Source: Lama guanicoe (Eukaryota). From it: a DNA stretch of 64,000 bases. Every line of letters starts with the position of its first letter. The stretch's first letter is position 1. Made by a program: the position numbers and the translations under genes. Location of the stretch: positions 6,067,902 through 6,131,901 of the forward strand of contig MU053652.1 of assembly GCA_013239625.1 (NCBI GenBank), read 5' to 3'. The notes beneath the pieces are model-generated. The model was not told the DNA's origin. It was given only the letters and a program-made list of their open reading frames with translations, and ran no database searches. This document shows, in pieces, positions 25,893 through 40,045 of this stretch.

Positions 25893-26967
25893 ATGCTTGT
25901 TTTAACTTCATAGGGCAAGCAGCAATTCTGATATAAACAGGAGACTTCAGAAGAATGGTTCAGAATGTCAAGAATTTAAAAATACCATTGATGTCATAAT
26001 TAACTGAAGGTGGAGTACAAGGCCTTGGATTCTACAGAGCCAAATGTCTTGCTAAATGAAATAGAACAAGGGGATATACATAAAAGTACCAAGAGAGCTA
26101 TGGGATTGCTACATTCATTATAATGGGCTTTAAAGTTGAAAAACATCATATTCATACAATGGGAAGTACTGATACATTTTGAATAATAATCGTTAGCCAC
26201 TCACTTAACCATACATTTCTTTAGTAATTCTTTGTTTTAGCTGTCTTTTCAATGTTTAGAGCTCACTTAAAGGCTTAGCTTATTTTTAAGATAAGTTATA
26301 CCTAAGTTTCATTTCCTAATTTAGATTCATAAATTATGTGCCACATTGAAACTTCTTATTAACATTAAATGAGTATTTCTTCAACAGTAAACACTTAGTA
26401 TTACATTTCTTTATCCCTCATGCCAGGATTCCCTGGTCAATTAAGACTCAAAAAACAGATTAGAAGACTAACCAGTCATTACTAGTCACCCCTGGTAAGT
26501 AGTTCAAGAAAAATTGGAAGTGAACACATTCTTTTTGCCACAAGAAAATGACCAAGTTTTGGTGATGCCTTTGACACAACTATAATCTCTTCTTATTTCT
26601 CTTTATCAAGAGTTTCACCTCACATACTCCTATATAAAACTCTGGCCAGCAAGGCACTTTACCTCGCTCAACATTTGCTCAGTCCTTTTAATGACCCATC
26701 CAGCTTGGCAGTTTGTGATTTTATCACCTCTAACTTTTTTATATGCACCCTCTGGATCATATTGCCAGATTTCAGGGCTTTGGGAAATATCCTTTTTAAA
26801 GTTAAATCAATTGGCTATATTACTTAAAAGTATAAAAGAAAATACCTTATACATCACACAAGAATATCAAAAGAAAATCCGTGGATAGAGAAGGAAGAAT
26901 CTACAAACCATTGCTATTGATCAGAACATTATATTATCATTTTGGTAATAATCTGGTGTATCATCTT

Positions 26968-27477
26968 TGTTACTGAGTCCACCACATGACAGGCCAATAG
27001 ATCGGGAGACGAGGTGTTGGGGCAGGGAATAACGACTCTATTCGGAAAGCCAACAGACCGAGAAGATGGCCGACTAACGTCCTGGAGAACCAAACATCTT
27101 CCCAAGGCAGGATTCAGGCTCCTCTTAATACTAAAAAAGGGAGGGGGTGTGATTGGTTGTTGCAGACTTCTTGGTGTTGGAATCCTTTGTTCTTGCAGCT
27201 GTCCATGTAGGTCAGGTCATGATGTCCCAGTAAACCTCCAACAAGACAAACATTATTTTCTATTCTGCAAATTTTTATCTTTATATGAATGGGAAAGTGT
27301 TATACCCTTAAAGGTCAGAGCCTTGAGAATGGGCTATCCTGTATATTTCAGGCTATAGGCAACATTTTTTTTCACAAACACTGCAGAACTTGCATGACTA
27401 AGCAGAGGAAACCAAGCACAGGGTTAGAGCCAAAGGACAGATCTAATATGGAGTCAGATTTGTTCTTCCCTAGTACA
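26968..27477 (-). mobile_element. ERV1-class solo LTR, 510 bp
   Basis: TG...CA termini (tgttact ... agtaca). 4-bp flanks tctt/cctt form a TSD with one mismatch. The minus strand starts tgtactagggaagaacaaatctgactccat, typical of MER4/MER34-group LTRs. Confidence 0.8.
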
Positions 27478-30400
27478 CCTTGCATTGGTTTCTGTCTTAC
27501 TACTTCTGTAATTTTTTTTCCTTAAGGAGGTACAAGATGGAAGATGCCAATGATAGTAATTATGCGTGAACCAGGGGAAATAATGAAATAGATATTTCCC
27601 TGTGTGGACTGCAGGTGGGATCATAGATCATGCAGTGAGTCTGTCATGGGGAGGACAAGTTGAGTAATAAAGTTTTAGGTAAACCTGATTCCTAGTATTG
27701 AACGTTCATTTTCCTAGAACGCACATTATGGAAAGGACTTGGGTAAGTGCACGTAACTTCACAGGCTGCTATGATAATTAAATTAAACACAGTAATGTCA
27801 TTCATTAATGTATTTGGTTAACATTCCTATTTAACCAACTTAGTAAATGCACATTTTATGAATCTTCACTGAATAAGCTGTACCACCTTCATCCGATTCC
27901 TAAATGCTATCAATCCCAGAATTTGTTTAATCCTGTCTACAAAGTTTCAAAATGGTACTTAGAGAATTATTTTAGTGCTTCTTTAGAGTATTTTTGGTCT
28001 CCTTGTAGAACCCTATTATAGAAAATATTTACCCTATCAGATCTAACCTCTCATCACACTGTGTTCTTATCCAAAAAGGACCTGTTTTGACCAGTAAATT
28101 TCATCTGTGGCGTTTTTTTGTTTTTGTTTTTGTTTTTACTTTGTACTCTTTGGTATTTTGCTGGTTCATTTCATCTCTGTGCAGAAATTTCTACTTATTT
28201 ATTGACTCATTTATAAGTAACAGTGGAAAGCTGACTAAAAGGACTTCCTCCTGCTGTTTGAAATCTCAAGATGTAAATAAACATCCTTCTAAACTTTATG
28301 AACCGAGAATACAATAGTTTTTATATAATTTTTTCTCTATTTTTTCCCTACCTTTCCATCAAATAGATCAATGTTATTTCTGGGTTGTTTAAACCAGGTG
28401 GAATATGAGCAATTCATTATAATTAGAAGTCTTGCTAATAAATTGACTTCTAGTTAAAAATCAATGACTTACATAGTCATTAATATGGACTAAAAATTAT
28501 ATGAATTTGAAAACTTCACTGCTCAACATTTTTATGTTCTTTCATCTGAAATAGAAGTTCAGTCATGTCTCTAAATAAAATGAAGCAAAGGCATTGTAGG
28601 ATGTAAGTGTTGCTGCTGCTATGTAAGTACAGATTTACCTCCTCTGACAATACAGCCTTCTGTCTTTAGGTTGGATTTCAAGTGGCATTGCATTTGTGGC
28701 TCCAGCTGTCGGAGATCATAAAATGATCATGTCTGTTGACACAATTACAGATTCTGCTATTCAAGAGTGGAGAGTGATTGAAGAGAATTTCAAAGAGAAA
28801 ATATAATATATCCAGTTGCAAATGGACACAGATGTCACTTCCAGAGGCATTAAACTCACTACTCTTACATTGAGCCTACACAATAGAAAAAAACAAGATT
28901 GAAATTTTCAGTTCCAATTTAAAATAATGGTTTACATTCATACCACGTGGGGCCCTGGAAGTTCCAATTTATCCTCAAATATTCCTGTACAGTTGGGCGA
29001 ATTCAGCAACTCAGTTGAGCATTTTTTAGTTCTGATTCTAAGCACATTCCCCCACCCCGACTCTTGTCTCATTATAAGTTGTTAGGCCATTTAAATGGCA
29101 TTTTAGAAGGAACTGAGTCACAAGACAATTTGATCCATTCACGAATTATCCAGGATGATAGTCATTGAGATGGAGTTTGAATCTCTTTAAAGTTGAAACT
29201 CTTCAACTGGTGTTGAAATTACTAGTAACTGACACTTCCTTCAAGATCAGCACTGGGCTTATTTTGCCTTTCCAGCTATCTGTGACCCATTCCCCTGTGC
29301 CCAGAGCACAGTACTCGCACCCCTTACTCACCATGATTTGCTCTGGCAAAACGCATAAAAGGCTGTCTTGCATCAGTACCAGCCCCTCTTCAGTAAGTGT
29401 CAACAGGGCATCTGAGCCTGCCTCTGTACATGTGTTAGATTTTCTACATGTTTGCCATCCTTGGGGCACTGGATCCTGCACATTACCCTGTCTCACCCTA
29501 ATACAGCTGCCTTGGCTCTGTCTTTAGATTTCAAAGTTTTCTTCTTAAAAATATCCTAATGAGAAAGATCTCACCAGTGAGGCACTGCTGAGGTCTGCTG
29601 TGCCTGCCAGTCCTGCAGGAGACAGTGGTCCAGTGGATGTCACAGGAAAGGGTCCCTGGTCCATTTTTGGAGGGGAGCAGCCTCCCTGCAGGCAGCTCAT
29701 TTCTCAGGGCAAGAGCAGGGCTCTACTTTGTCTTTTTCCCTGTGTTTCTTCCTTACGCTGTCCTCTAACCCTGCTCTTCAAAATGATACTTATTATTGTA
29801 TCTGTATTTTTTCATGTATCTTTGTGGATTCTAAATAAAACTAAAGACACCAATGAAGAAGCCCTGGCATGTATACTTGATTAGAAAAAGAAACTAAGGA
29901 ACAAGGTAATGGAACTAACTCTCTCTTTAGAGACAAAATATTGTTTTGAACAAAAAACATATTTCATTTATAGTCTTTTCTTTGTATCTTTCCATTTTTT
30001 TAAAAAAAATAGTCTCAGGCATGATTGATGTTTACAAGACTGGAGTTTCTCTCCAAACATGAGGAAAAGTTTCTAACTAAAATTTATAAAAGCGTATATC
30101 CTTTTTTTTTTTTCAGACTGCTTCACCATTACACCTCTAGCTGCATTGCCATTCTTGAGCCCTATTTTGAAGCTTTACAATATAGGTGCCAATCTGAAAA
30201 CCGCAAAACAGTAACTTATATTTTTAACAGCCTGCCTCACTTTGAGAACTGACATTATTCAAACACTCATCTGCTCCCCCAAGTAATTTTATTTCATGGA
30301 TACAAAGTGTTTTGTCTCTTACTCAAGCAACTTTAGACTAAGTGGGACATTTCTCCAACTATATGTTTCTAACCTCAAAATAGTTTACTATTTGGGGAAG

Positions 30401-33249
30401 TAAGGGTAAGAAAGCACACAAGCAGGATTTTTTTTTTTCATTTCAGAAATGAGAAGATACTCACTTTCAGCTGGATATGTTTGGTGTTCTATAGACAGAG
30501 CCATGGTTCTTTATTTTTGTTTCTTGAGATACGGCTTTTCCTCGGCATGTCCTTTTCCAGCAAATCAAATTACTTTTCATGAGCATCACCAAATGTTAAG
30601 CAGAGAGGATTCAAGTGGAGTGTTCAAGGTGGAATTCATTCTGAGAGTGTTTGTATTTCAGTCATTTTACTCTTGGAAGGATACAGTATCTGGGCGTTTA
30701 CAGCTGTACAAATAAACAAACATCAAACATAAAAACAAAACAAAACTGTAAGAGCTGGATAACAGTAACAAAATGCTAGTAGAGCCTTCCTTTAATAATC
30801 TAAGGTATCAAATATCAGAAACCCTCAGAATAAATGATTTGCCTTGAATTAATATAATAATTGCAATACTTTGTAGAAAAACAATGATAATTATAAATAG
30901 TAATCAATCATTTGAACAGTTAACAAGAATATGGCCCATACCAAGTACAGTAAATGCTGATGTTTGTGATAACTGTTCGTTTCCAATAATTAATGGGTAC
31001 AGTCCAGTAAGATATAGAGTGGTACACGTGTGACAAGGCAGGGACTCTGGTTCACAGCTTCTCCCGGCATTGTGTAAGCCGGTAGTCGGGAAGTAGGGGA
31101 AATCTAGCCAGACCCGATTGGATTCTGCCTCACTCTTAACCCAAGCCATGACGATCATATGTTGGCCCGAGCCGCTCATCTGAAGCTCCTTTCATCGTTT
31201 GCCGACTTTGCTCCTTCACATCTGGAGATGGACGCCCTGTGTGCAGCGTGGCACAGTGCCATGGGATTAGGCTGCAAATTGCACCTTACTCTGTTCTAAT
31301 CATGTGGACCAGATTAAGCTTCCCATGAATCTATCAAGAAGCTGAATTGCATCTGTTATTGTTCTACTGATGCTTCTATTCTAAATAATTTTATTTATGT
31401 TCTTTGTATTTGTTTTGTTTTTAAGTGTTTCCTTGAGTTTGGAGATCATAATTTATTCTAACTGCTCTGACCCTTTCATTTTGACTTGTAGGCAACACAT
31501 TCTTCATTTCCATGATGCTCTTCTGAAAATAAGAGCAGTCTATGTCCACAAATTAAAATCTCAAATTCCAATTTAATTTTTCCTTCTTGCATTTATTCTA
31601 TTAACCCCCAAACAAGATACAGAGAATTCTTTAAGAACGTCAAATAGTAACCTGTGTGGTTCTTGCAGTATTCTAAACAAAGTTACATCATTTAATATCT
31701 TGGAAAATAACACATAGGACAAGAAAGGGGAAGACTAAAAAAGTTAGAAAAAGAACAAACAAAAAACTACTTCTAAAGACTTGTAAAAATAATTATAATT
31801 AACTACAATTTCCATTCCTGATTTCCCCTTAAAAGCAGAAAACTATTTCTAGGTAATGTTATACCAATGTGCTTTGTCTTTTTCTTGTTCTTTTCTCCCA
31901 TACCACTCTTTTGTTTAATTTATTCTTTAGTGGTTTCTCCAAAACTTAACTTTACAAGTTCTGATTTTTATCTACAAAATTTTTTTATATTCTTACACCT
32001 GCATTTATATACATTTACTGATTACAGGAATGCCAATCTCTATTCCTTCAAATTAAAACCAAAAACTCAAACAGTTAGAAAGCTCTATTTAATTCAACTC
32101 ATTTAAAATCTTATTTGAGAAAAGATTCGATGTATGGTATGATTCTAGAAATGTAAAACATTGGTAAGTTATTATACATGTGCATGCAGTAGATGGGATT
32201 TGAAATTGAAGAAAAAAGTCAACAACAAAAGAGAACTATGAGATTCGGGAGCAGGGAGGTAAAGCCTGTTTTACATCATCTGTGGTTTGATGAGTAAGGA
32301 AACTAACTGCCTTGCCATTGTCAATACAAAATGCGTTCAGCTTTTATCTTGACTTAACTTGTACTCTTATGTTTTGAGTGATAAGTTGTCATTGATTTGC
32401 TTTCCAACTGTATCCATAGTCACATATGTGCAGTTTTCACTAGCATTATCACCAACTTTAATTATAATTATAATTATCACCTATTAACCCCTGGACAAGC
32501 TTGTGTGTTGGAATGCAATGGAGTCTCGTTTCATATTGTAATCAGTACAGTTGGGTTAACCTCTACGAGTCCAACATCTGAGTCTGAGTTCAGATTACTA
32601 GGCTGGAATGGACGTATTAGAGAGTTCATGTCAGGCTTTGGGAGAGCAAAGCAGTCTATCCATGGAAAGCAAAGTATTGTGTTGTGATTCATTCATTCAT
32701 TCATATGATAAATTCACTTTTCAGAATTGTTTTTGGTAAAAGGAAATATTGTTTCAGGGAACACAAGGTAACAAAGCTGACATTTTAATATTCCATATCC
32801 ATTTTTGAAATGACAAAAAGGATATATTTTTAGAGCTACATCACTAAGTTAACAGAGATCTCTGAATAGAAGCCATTCAATATTAACTAGAAATGTCACT
32901 GTGCTTATTTGATTAATGTCACCAAAAAGAAAACAGCACGTAGAATACATCAATCGTACAGTCATGAGACTACAGCAATGACGTGCCAGAGCTATACATT
33001 TTCTGGAAAAAATTTTTATACACAGAATAGAACATTTGGGGTTGTTTCCTAAATAATTTATATGTTGTTTATTGTAGCTATTTTAGAGTAGGAAATAGAA
33101 AATAGAGTATCTCATCAAGCAGCAAGGAGGGGAGATGTCAGATGTATTTTGGGAAGAGAAGCAGCAGCAGCCATGGTGACAGGCAGAGCAAGTAGAGAAG
33201 TGGAGAAGGGGTGGGGGGGCGGGGACGGGGGGTGGGATGTGGCTGAGGA

Positions 33250-33440
33250 CGATGCTTACTACACCGGCAAGACTTATCCCGTTCTAGGAGGTTCATGCAG
33301 TTTTATACATTCAGTCCTCAAAACCTCATTTGAAGTAAGGTATGACAGACCTGTTTTCACAGGTGGACTGAAGCTCAGAGAAATACTTTTAGTAAGTTAT
33401 AAAACAGAGATTTAAATCCTGATCTGATTCCAAAACCTCA
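33250..33440 (-). mobile_element. MIR fragment
   Basis: cattcagtcctcaaaacc...ctgttttcacaggtggactgaagctcagaga...atttaaatcctgatctgattccaaa. Confidence 0.7.
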
Positions 33441-33489
33441 TGCTGAATCTGATCATCTCAGTATCCTTGTCATGTCTGGTTCTTATACT

Positions 33490-33855
33490 TGCTCTGTCTC
33501 TTCAAGTTGGGATTTTTGCCCTTTGGTGTGCCTGTCGTTTTTCGTGGTAGTTGGACAAGATGTGTTGGGTGAAAGGAACTGCTAGAACAGGCCTTTCCTG
33601 AGACTCCAGCAAGCACACTTCAGCTTTCCTGCCCCAGCACTGGCCTCTGCGGTGATTCCTGCAGGGATTCCCTGTGCCTGTGAGCTGTGACTTCCCCTGT
33701 TCGCCTTTTTTCCCTCTCCATTCTTGGGAGCGGTGACACTCCCCATGACCTCACTTCTTCTGGGGGTTTAGAACCATTGCTGATCCCAGTCTGTTCAGCT
33801 ATTTACTTGTTAGGAGGGGGTGGCAACTTCTAAGCTCCTTACGTGCAAAGCTGAA
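33490..33855 (-). mobile_element. Old L1 5'-region fragment (L1MB/L1MC-like)
   Basis: gggtgaaaggaactgct...ggcct and gttcagctatttacttgttagga...gcaacttctaagctccttacgtgc resemble the antisense L1M 5' end. Confidence 0.5.
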
Positions 33856-33879
33856 TAGTAGTACTTTGATAGCCAGAAA

Positions 33880-34890
33880 TGGAAAGATTTTTTTTTCTAG
33901 GCAGAGGCAAACAGGAGTAAATAGAAGAAAGCCAAAATACATGATTCAGGAAGATGGATACAAAGACTGAGTAAGGCATATAATTCCTGAATGGGCATTT
34001 TATGTAACATTCAAAAGGCAGATTGGGGCAGAGGGTTTGAGGGCTTCAAGTTAGGTTACCAATTTTTATTTCTACTTTGTATAATTGAGAAATCATTGTG
34101 ATTTTCTATTAGGGAAGGAAACAAATAAAGGGAATGTTCAGATTATTTTTATCCAGCCCTGATTTATATGTGAAAGATGGATTACAAGAGAGAGGACAAC
34201 CAGTTGTAAGCCCTTTATGGTGGTCAAGGCATGTCATTATGATAAACGACTACAGTAGGGCTGGACAAAACAAGGGGTGGATGAAAGAAAAAAACAATAT
34301 ACAGTGGCTAATGCTGGCTATGAAGTTCAATTGAACAAAATTAGAGAAATCAAGAAGAAAACCCTGAAGGCCAGATGATGAACACATTTTTAGACACAAT
34401 GAGCTTTACTTCTCATACTTCGGCTCTGTGTCATGTTGCTTGGTCAGCAGACCATTGGAAACGTTGTAATAGCTGGTGCGTAAAAAGATCAGGGTTGAAG
34501 TAGAGCGATGATGTCTGAAGCCAGGGAGTGGTTGGGATGTCTGATAGAGAAGACAAGTCAGGAAACATTAAGGATAAAAAATTAATTGCAACAAAGAAAA
34601 AAGAGCCAACATTCATGACAGCAGGAGTAGTGATAGGGTTCAAGGTGTCAAGAAAGGAGGATTTCAGAGAAGACATGGATCGAGGAAAGGTAATTGGATT
34701 TGAATGCTGGTACTGTCCTCACGTAATGTTTAAGATGAGCACATTGCAAAAGCCAGTGGTGCAGAGGGCATAATACCTTGCTCCTCTAGGACTGGTCAGG
34801 AGAGAAAGAAGAGGAAGAAAACAGCAGCTGAAGAATACAGCTGTCACAGATGGTTTTCAAGGTCTGGAAGATCAGGGTATATTTATAAAA
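33880..34890 (-). mobile_element. Decayed L2 body
   Basis: Purine-rich, with L2-like motifs (ttctactttg...aatcattg...tttctattaggg; tttagacac; ccattggaa...gctgg). Confidence 0.45.
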
Positions 34891-34999
34891 CAGTACTGCA
34901 ATGTACTTTATAATTATATGCTAAATAGGAGTTCCTTATTTCTCCCCTTTTTTGGAATCTATGGTTATATCTATAATCTTAGAGTTAAGGCTGTGCATT

Positions 35000-37900
35000 T
35001 GGTTTTTTCTTCTTTTTTTTTCTAATTTAGACTTCCCAGCTATCTATAAATTTTATTGGCTATTCTATAAAAACTGTTCTTTGATGTTGCTTTAATTAAT
35101 TAACCATTATTCTGTCTTCTAAGTCTTTAATGCATGCTTTTATTATTATTAATTTCCCCTCTACTTTTCTTAGTTTTATGTTATTATTTTTGCCTAGCTT
35201 TTAGAGTTGAATACTAAGTTCATTTATTTTTATTATTTTATAATAAAAGCACTGAAGAAAACAAATTTTTGTTCTAAGTACAGAGTGCTGTGTGTAGCAT
35301 TCTCATTATCTTTTATTTCTAAATGGCCCTAATTGCACTTCTGACTTGACTTTTTGAAGAGAGTTATTGTTCAATTTCTAAGTGGTTGCATTTACGTTTA
35401 TGACTTTAATTTATTTCTGGTTTTACTAGAAACTGTCATCAGAGAATGTGGTCTAAACAGGTTGTTTTGTTTTATTTTAAACTATTAAGATTTTCTTTAT
35501 GATCCATTTTTAAGTATATTTTCTCTGAGTTCTAGAATTTATCGACTTATCATTTCTGTAACTTTTTTTTTCTTGTCGCTTTTTGCTTTGTTGCCCATAA
35601 AAGCACATGCAAGTTACATTTTCATTGAAACTTGGGGGTTCAGGATCCAGATTATTGTGGGGTTTTTTTTTTTCCGTTTACATTAGACTCATTTTTAACT
35701 ATTTTTGTTAACTGTGTCCAGTTTTATAACTAGGTTTACTCACATTTTGGTAGATTTCTCACGTACTTCAATGATCAGTGTCACATCTTTATGTCATGAT
35801 TCCCTTCCTGGACTTCTCAAGTTTGCTTTAGTTTTCAGCAGACTAGATTACTTAAGCAATTTTTTTTTTCCCAATAAAGCCTTTTTAAAACATTGTATTT
35901 TCTCAGTAATGATGTACCTAAAAACATTTTCCTCTAGTCCTCAAACATGAAAGTAAACTTGTCAGGTTATTAATTATGTGATCATAAGAGTTTCTCCTAA
36001 AAAAATTACACTTTTTTTATTTTGAATTTGTGTTGTGGATATGCTTGAGGACTGTCTTTATTTTTAATTTTTGTTAGACATTTTTTGTCTCCCTTTGTTT
36101 GTATTGAGCTTTTCCTTAATCTGATACCTCCCACCAAAAAGTTTTATGTTTTTTTCAGTCCCTTCCATTAATGTTGCCCTTCAGTCCATTCACAGAGATA
36201 TTTCATCAGCAGAGAAATATTTTCTTTACCCATATCTTTGGTTATATTTTTCCATAACAACTGCTTTGATTTCCTCCTTTAGAAATGTGTGTTGCCTGTA
36301 ATTTTTTTCATAGTCTCTCTGTTTTCTTCCATATTTTCTATTATTGTTTCCATCTCTGTATTTTTTTCCTCAGTGGTTTGAGAAGCTTTACAAGTTGGTC
36401 TCTAGTCAATAATGTGATTTTTTTTTGCAAACTCTATCCTTCACTTCAGTGCTTCCTGTACGGATTTTCAGTTGGCATTTCATTGTTAGCTCTCTTGACC
36501 TTCTGTTTCTCATTCCTCCTCTTTTACAGTCAGGCTTGTTAACTTTATTTCAACCTGTTCTTATTTAAAATGTTTATTAAATGTATTTGTAAATATAATT
36601 ATAAAAAGTCTTGGTCTTACAAGGCTCATTTGAAAATGGCAGCCCCCAATATATCTGCCCTTATTTTCAGACGGCCAAAGGTGACCACATTCAACTCTTT
36701 TGTTTCTTAATGTGTTTTACTCCATATTTCTAAATACCTTGCTTTCACTTACTTTCTGGTCCTGATTCTTCTGCTGTGGTAGTTTATGTTACCTTCTCAC
36801 TGTGGAATATGATGAATTCTCTCCTTTACACCTGACTTCCTATCTTATCCTCCTCCCAGCATAGACATGTCGTAACTTACATTTTCATGTAGCTACTAAT
36901 CGTCATTTAAGAATTGGTTGCTTAGTGCTCCTTTTTGTTTCTGTTTTGGTTTTTATATACTTAAAACCAATTCACTTCTAAACTTTTCAGCACAGGACAT
37001 TTGGTTAACTATATTTATATTCTTAGAGACATCTCTTCAGCTTCTCCAATTTAGATCATGTGTCTCTAAATAGCTTGCATCCCCTTTACCATAATTCAAA
37101 GGGTTTTCTTCACATTTCTTTTGTGCTGCACCTTCTATTTCCTATAATTCAATTTCCCCTCTTCATTTATTCTTTTTTTTAAGGTATAACAGATCAACTG
37201 ATAGCTTCCTGAGACAAAACAATGGAAGATACATTTTTTGGGAGAACTTGCATTTATAAAAATGTCTTCATTTTAATAATATGCGCAGACAATTGACTGC
37301 CAAAATCTAGGCAGGAAGTCATTTTATTTTAGAATTTGAAGGCACTACTTTATTGTACTGGACACTCAGTAGGCCCTCTTAATCTAGAATGCATTATCCA
37401 TTCCTTCTAGGAATTTTTGTTTGTTTAATAATCCCAATACTCCATTTTCTTTTTCTGGAATTTGGATTCTTTAGATCCTGGACTGATTGTTTAATCCTCT
37501 CCTGATTTCTTTCTCCATGTCTCTTTGATTTACTCTCTGGGCGATTACCTCAACTCTACCTTCTAATTCTTCTATTCATTTCTGTTTCTGAAATTATAAT
37601 TCAGAATTATAATTTATCCACTTATCTAGAATTAAATCAATTATGAATTAAAATTTTAATATAATTTAAGTATATTATTAATTATAAAGGTTTAGACTTA
37701 ATTTATAAGAGTCATTTCATGCTCTATGAATGATCCTTTTTATTAAAGAAACTTGTTTTATGTATGCATTTTTAAAAAAAACTCTGAAGATATTAATAGC
37801 TTTTAGAGATTTCCCCTTCAGGCATAGCCTTATTCTCACTTACATTGCTTTTTTTGCCCTTATTTGTTTGGTTTAATGTCTATTGTTCATGGTAGAGATT

Positions 37901-38420
37901 TTCTTCGTACCCAGTGATCCTCAGATTCTATTCGTATTTAAGAGTGCAAGACAAAGCTGATTGACAGCTCTCTGCCCACGGACGTGTCTGTTGACGGTGG
38001 ACGTCATTGGGAAATCATGTCACATCAGAACGTGTAGACCTTTTCTTTTCGGCTGATGGATCTAAAAGTCTCCCAGAGATGAATCTTCAAATCCCCTGCT
38101 TGGGGGATGTAAGCGAGGCTGATAGTACTCCTTGAGCCAGGTGGGGGAAGAGGCCTGGAAAACTCACAATTCAGCATTCATATTTTTACTTACCACAACT
38201 GATGTCAGTGTGCTACCCCAATCCCAGCTGTGCCAGGTGTCTTGCATCGAAGAGACAAGAGACCCTCTGTTTTACCGTCTCCAGAGAGCAAATCTCTAGT
38301 CTTCTGCTAGGTTGCAGGAAAGAAAGTGGTCTAGCTTCACTAACGTCAGATATCTGATCACATGATTTTGGTGTTGGATTCCAGTCCCTTCTAAATTGCC
38401 TGGCTCTTTGTGCGCGTAGA
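35000..38420 (-). mobile_element. Cluster of ancient L1 (L1ME/HAL1-like) fragments; boundaries approximate
   Basis: Long T-rich tract with antisense L1-type motifs (cctagcttttagagttgaatact; aaaatctagg...ttttagaatttgaaggca; gtagagattttcttc...cagtgatcct). Confidence 0.5.
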
Positions 38421-39849
38421 CGTTGCTTCATTCATCCTTAAATTCCTGGTACCTACCCTGTGGATTATACCGTTACTGCAATTCATGTTTTCAGATAAAT
38501 GAATACATAATTTAGTTATAAATTGAGGAAACCTTTAGCTAGATATGGCTGATTGGAAATGCTTCTCTTCTAACATCACAGAGCTCCTTTTCTTACATTG
38601 TTGCCTTAGTTCTGGTATGTTGTCTGTCACTTCTGTGTCAGAATAAACATGTCTTAATATCATGTAGGCTTTCCCTACAAGTTTCAGACAATTCCCAGCT
38701 TTTATGCTTGCTAATGTTCAAAGTTCCCCATTCTCAGCACAGTCTTCACACTGTATTTTGATAGCTTTGCTTACCATTTTGTCCTATGAACTGAAGCATA
38801 GAAACAAACAATTCTGGAAAACATGAGTGTGTCTTTGTGAGTCGTATTCCCCCCAAAATGCCAGCTGTGGTCTCCTCTCGTACTGCTCAGTTTCTCATTC
38901 ATCGCTGTTCTTTTCTGTTTGATCGCTTTGCTCCTGCTGAATCCAAGGGGACGTTTTCTTAATCTCTCTCAATCTTGTATTCCGTACTGCAGTCTGTGGG
39001 AAGAGTCTTTAGTTTCTAGGTGTAGGGCTGAAAAGCAACATCAGGTTCTCTCCCTTTTTTTTCAGAAGTCGTTTATTTTTTTGACACGTCCCAGTGTGAT
39101 AACTCTATTCCCCTTTGGCTGCAGGAGCTGCTTTTGTTGGTGTTTAGCAGTTTCATGTCTGTCTCTTTGTGGGTAGAATATAGAGTCACGCAATCCCTAG
39201 GAATCCAGTATGGAATTGAAAAAAAATTTTTAAACTGCTGTTTTTCTTTTTAATTCAAATAAAGTATCTTATTTTGCATCCATTCATTTGGGATTAAGTC
39301 ATAAATGCCTTTCAGGCAGGAAGAGTGCCATTTAGGGGTACTGTGAATAAAGCTAAATGGACACAGTAACCTTTCTGATGCTCTCATACGGAGAGCTGGA
39401 AGAATCTTAACTGGAGACAACGTTCCACTTGAATAAGTATGAGGGGGAAAGAATCACTGGGATGAAGCATCCTCAAATCATGAAACACGTTTATCTTATC
39501 CTAAGGTTTTTCCATTGGGTCTAGTATGCAAAAAGCCTTTAAGCAAATTATCACCAAATTCTTTCGATTCTCCTTTCTAAACCTGACTCACCCTTTCTTT
39601 TTGATTCCCGGGAAACTCACCCACTCTTCTGCTCTTGTCCAGGGCCTCTCCTGTCTAGGGCCACATTTCTTTCACCTGGACTATTATTTCAACTGTGTTA
39701 TACCTGCTCCGCAGTCTCCTACCTCCTCTGCTCCCTCTTCTGGATGTGCAGTTAGTTTTAAGTTTTTTTTTTTTTTTGCCCATCAATTATATGTTATGCA
39801 CTGCCCTGGGAGCCATTAGGTACATGTAATAAAATGCTGTGATTGGGTA

Positions 39850-40045
39850 TGTGGCTACAGGCCCCCTCCATTATTTAATAGCTATGTGATGTGGGACAAG
39901 TTACCTACTGCTCCGTGACTCCTTAAACTAAACGCGGTGAGGTGGGGGACCTAACTCACAGGGTTGTCATGTGCATTTAATGTTCATCACTTAGGACAGT
40001 TCTGGCATATAGTAAGCCCTTAATAAATGTCATCATCATCATCAC
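39850..40045 (+). mobile_element. MIR
   Basis: tagctatgtgatgtgggacaagttacct...acctaactcacagggttgtc...ttaggacagttctggcatatagtaagcccttaataaatg. Confidence 0.85.

Noticed and set aside
37590..37710. Extremely AT-rich segment with aattataa repeats
   Set aside because: Low-complexity expansion within decayed L1 sequence.
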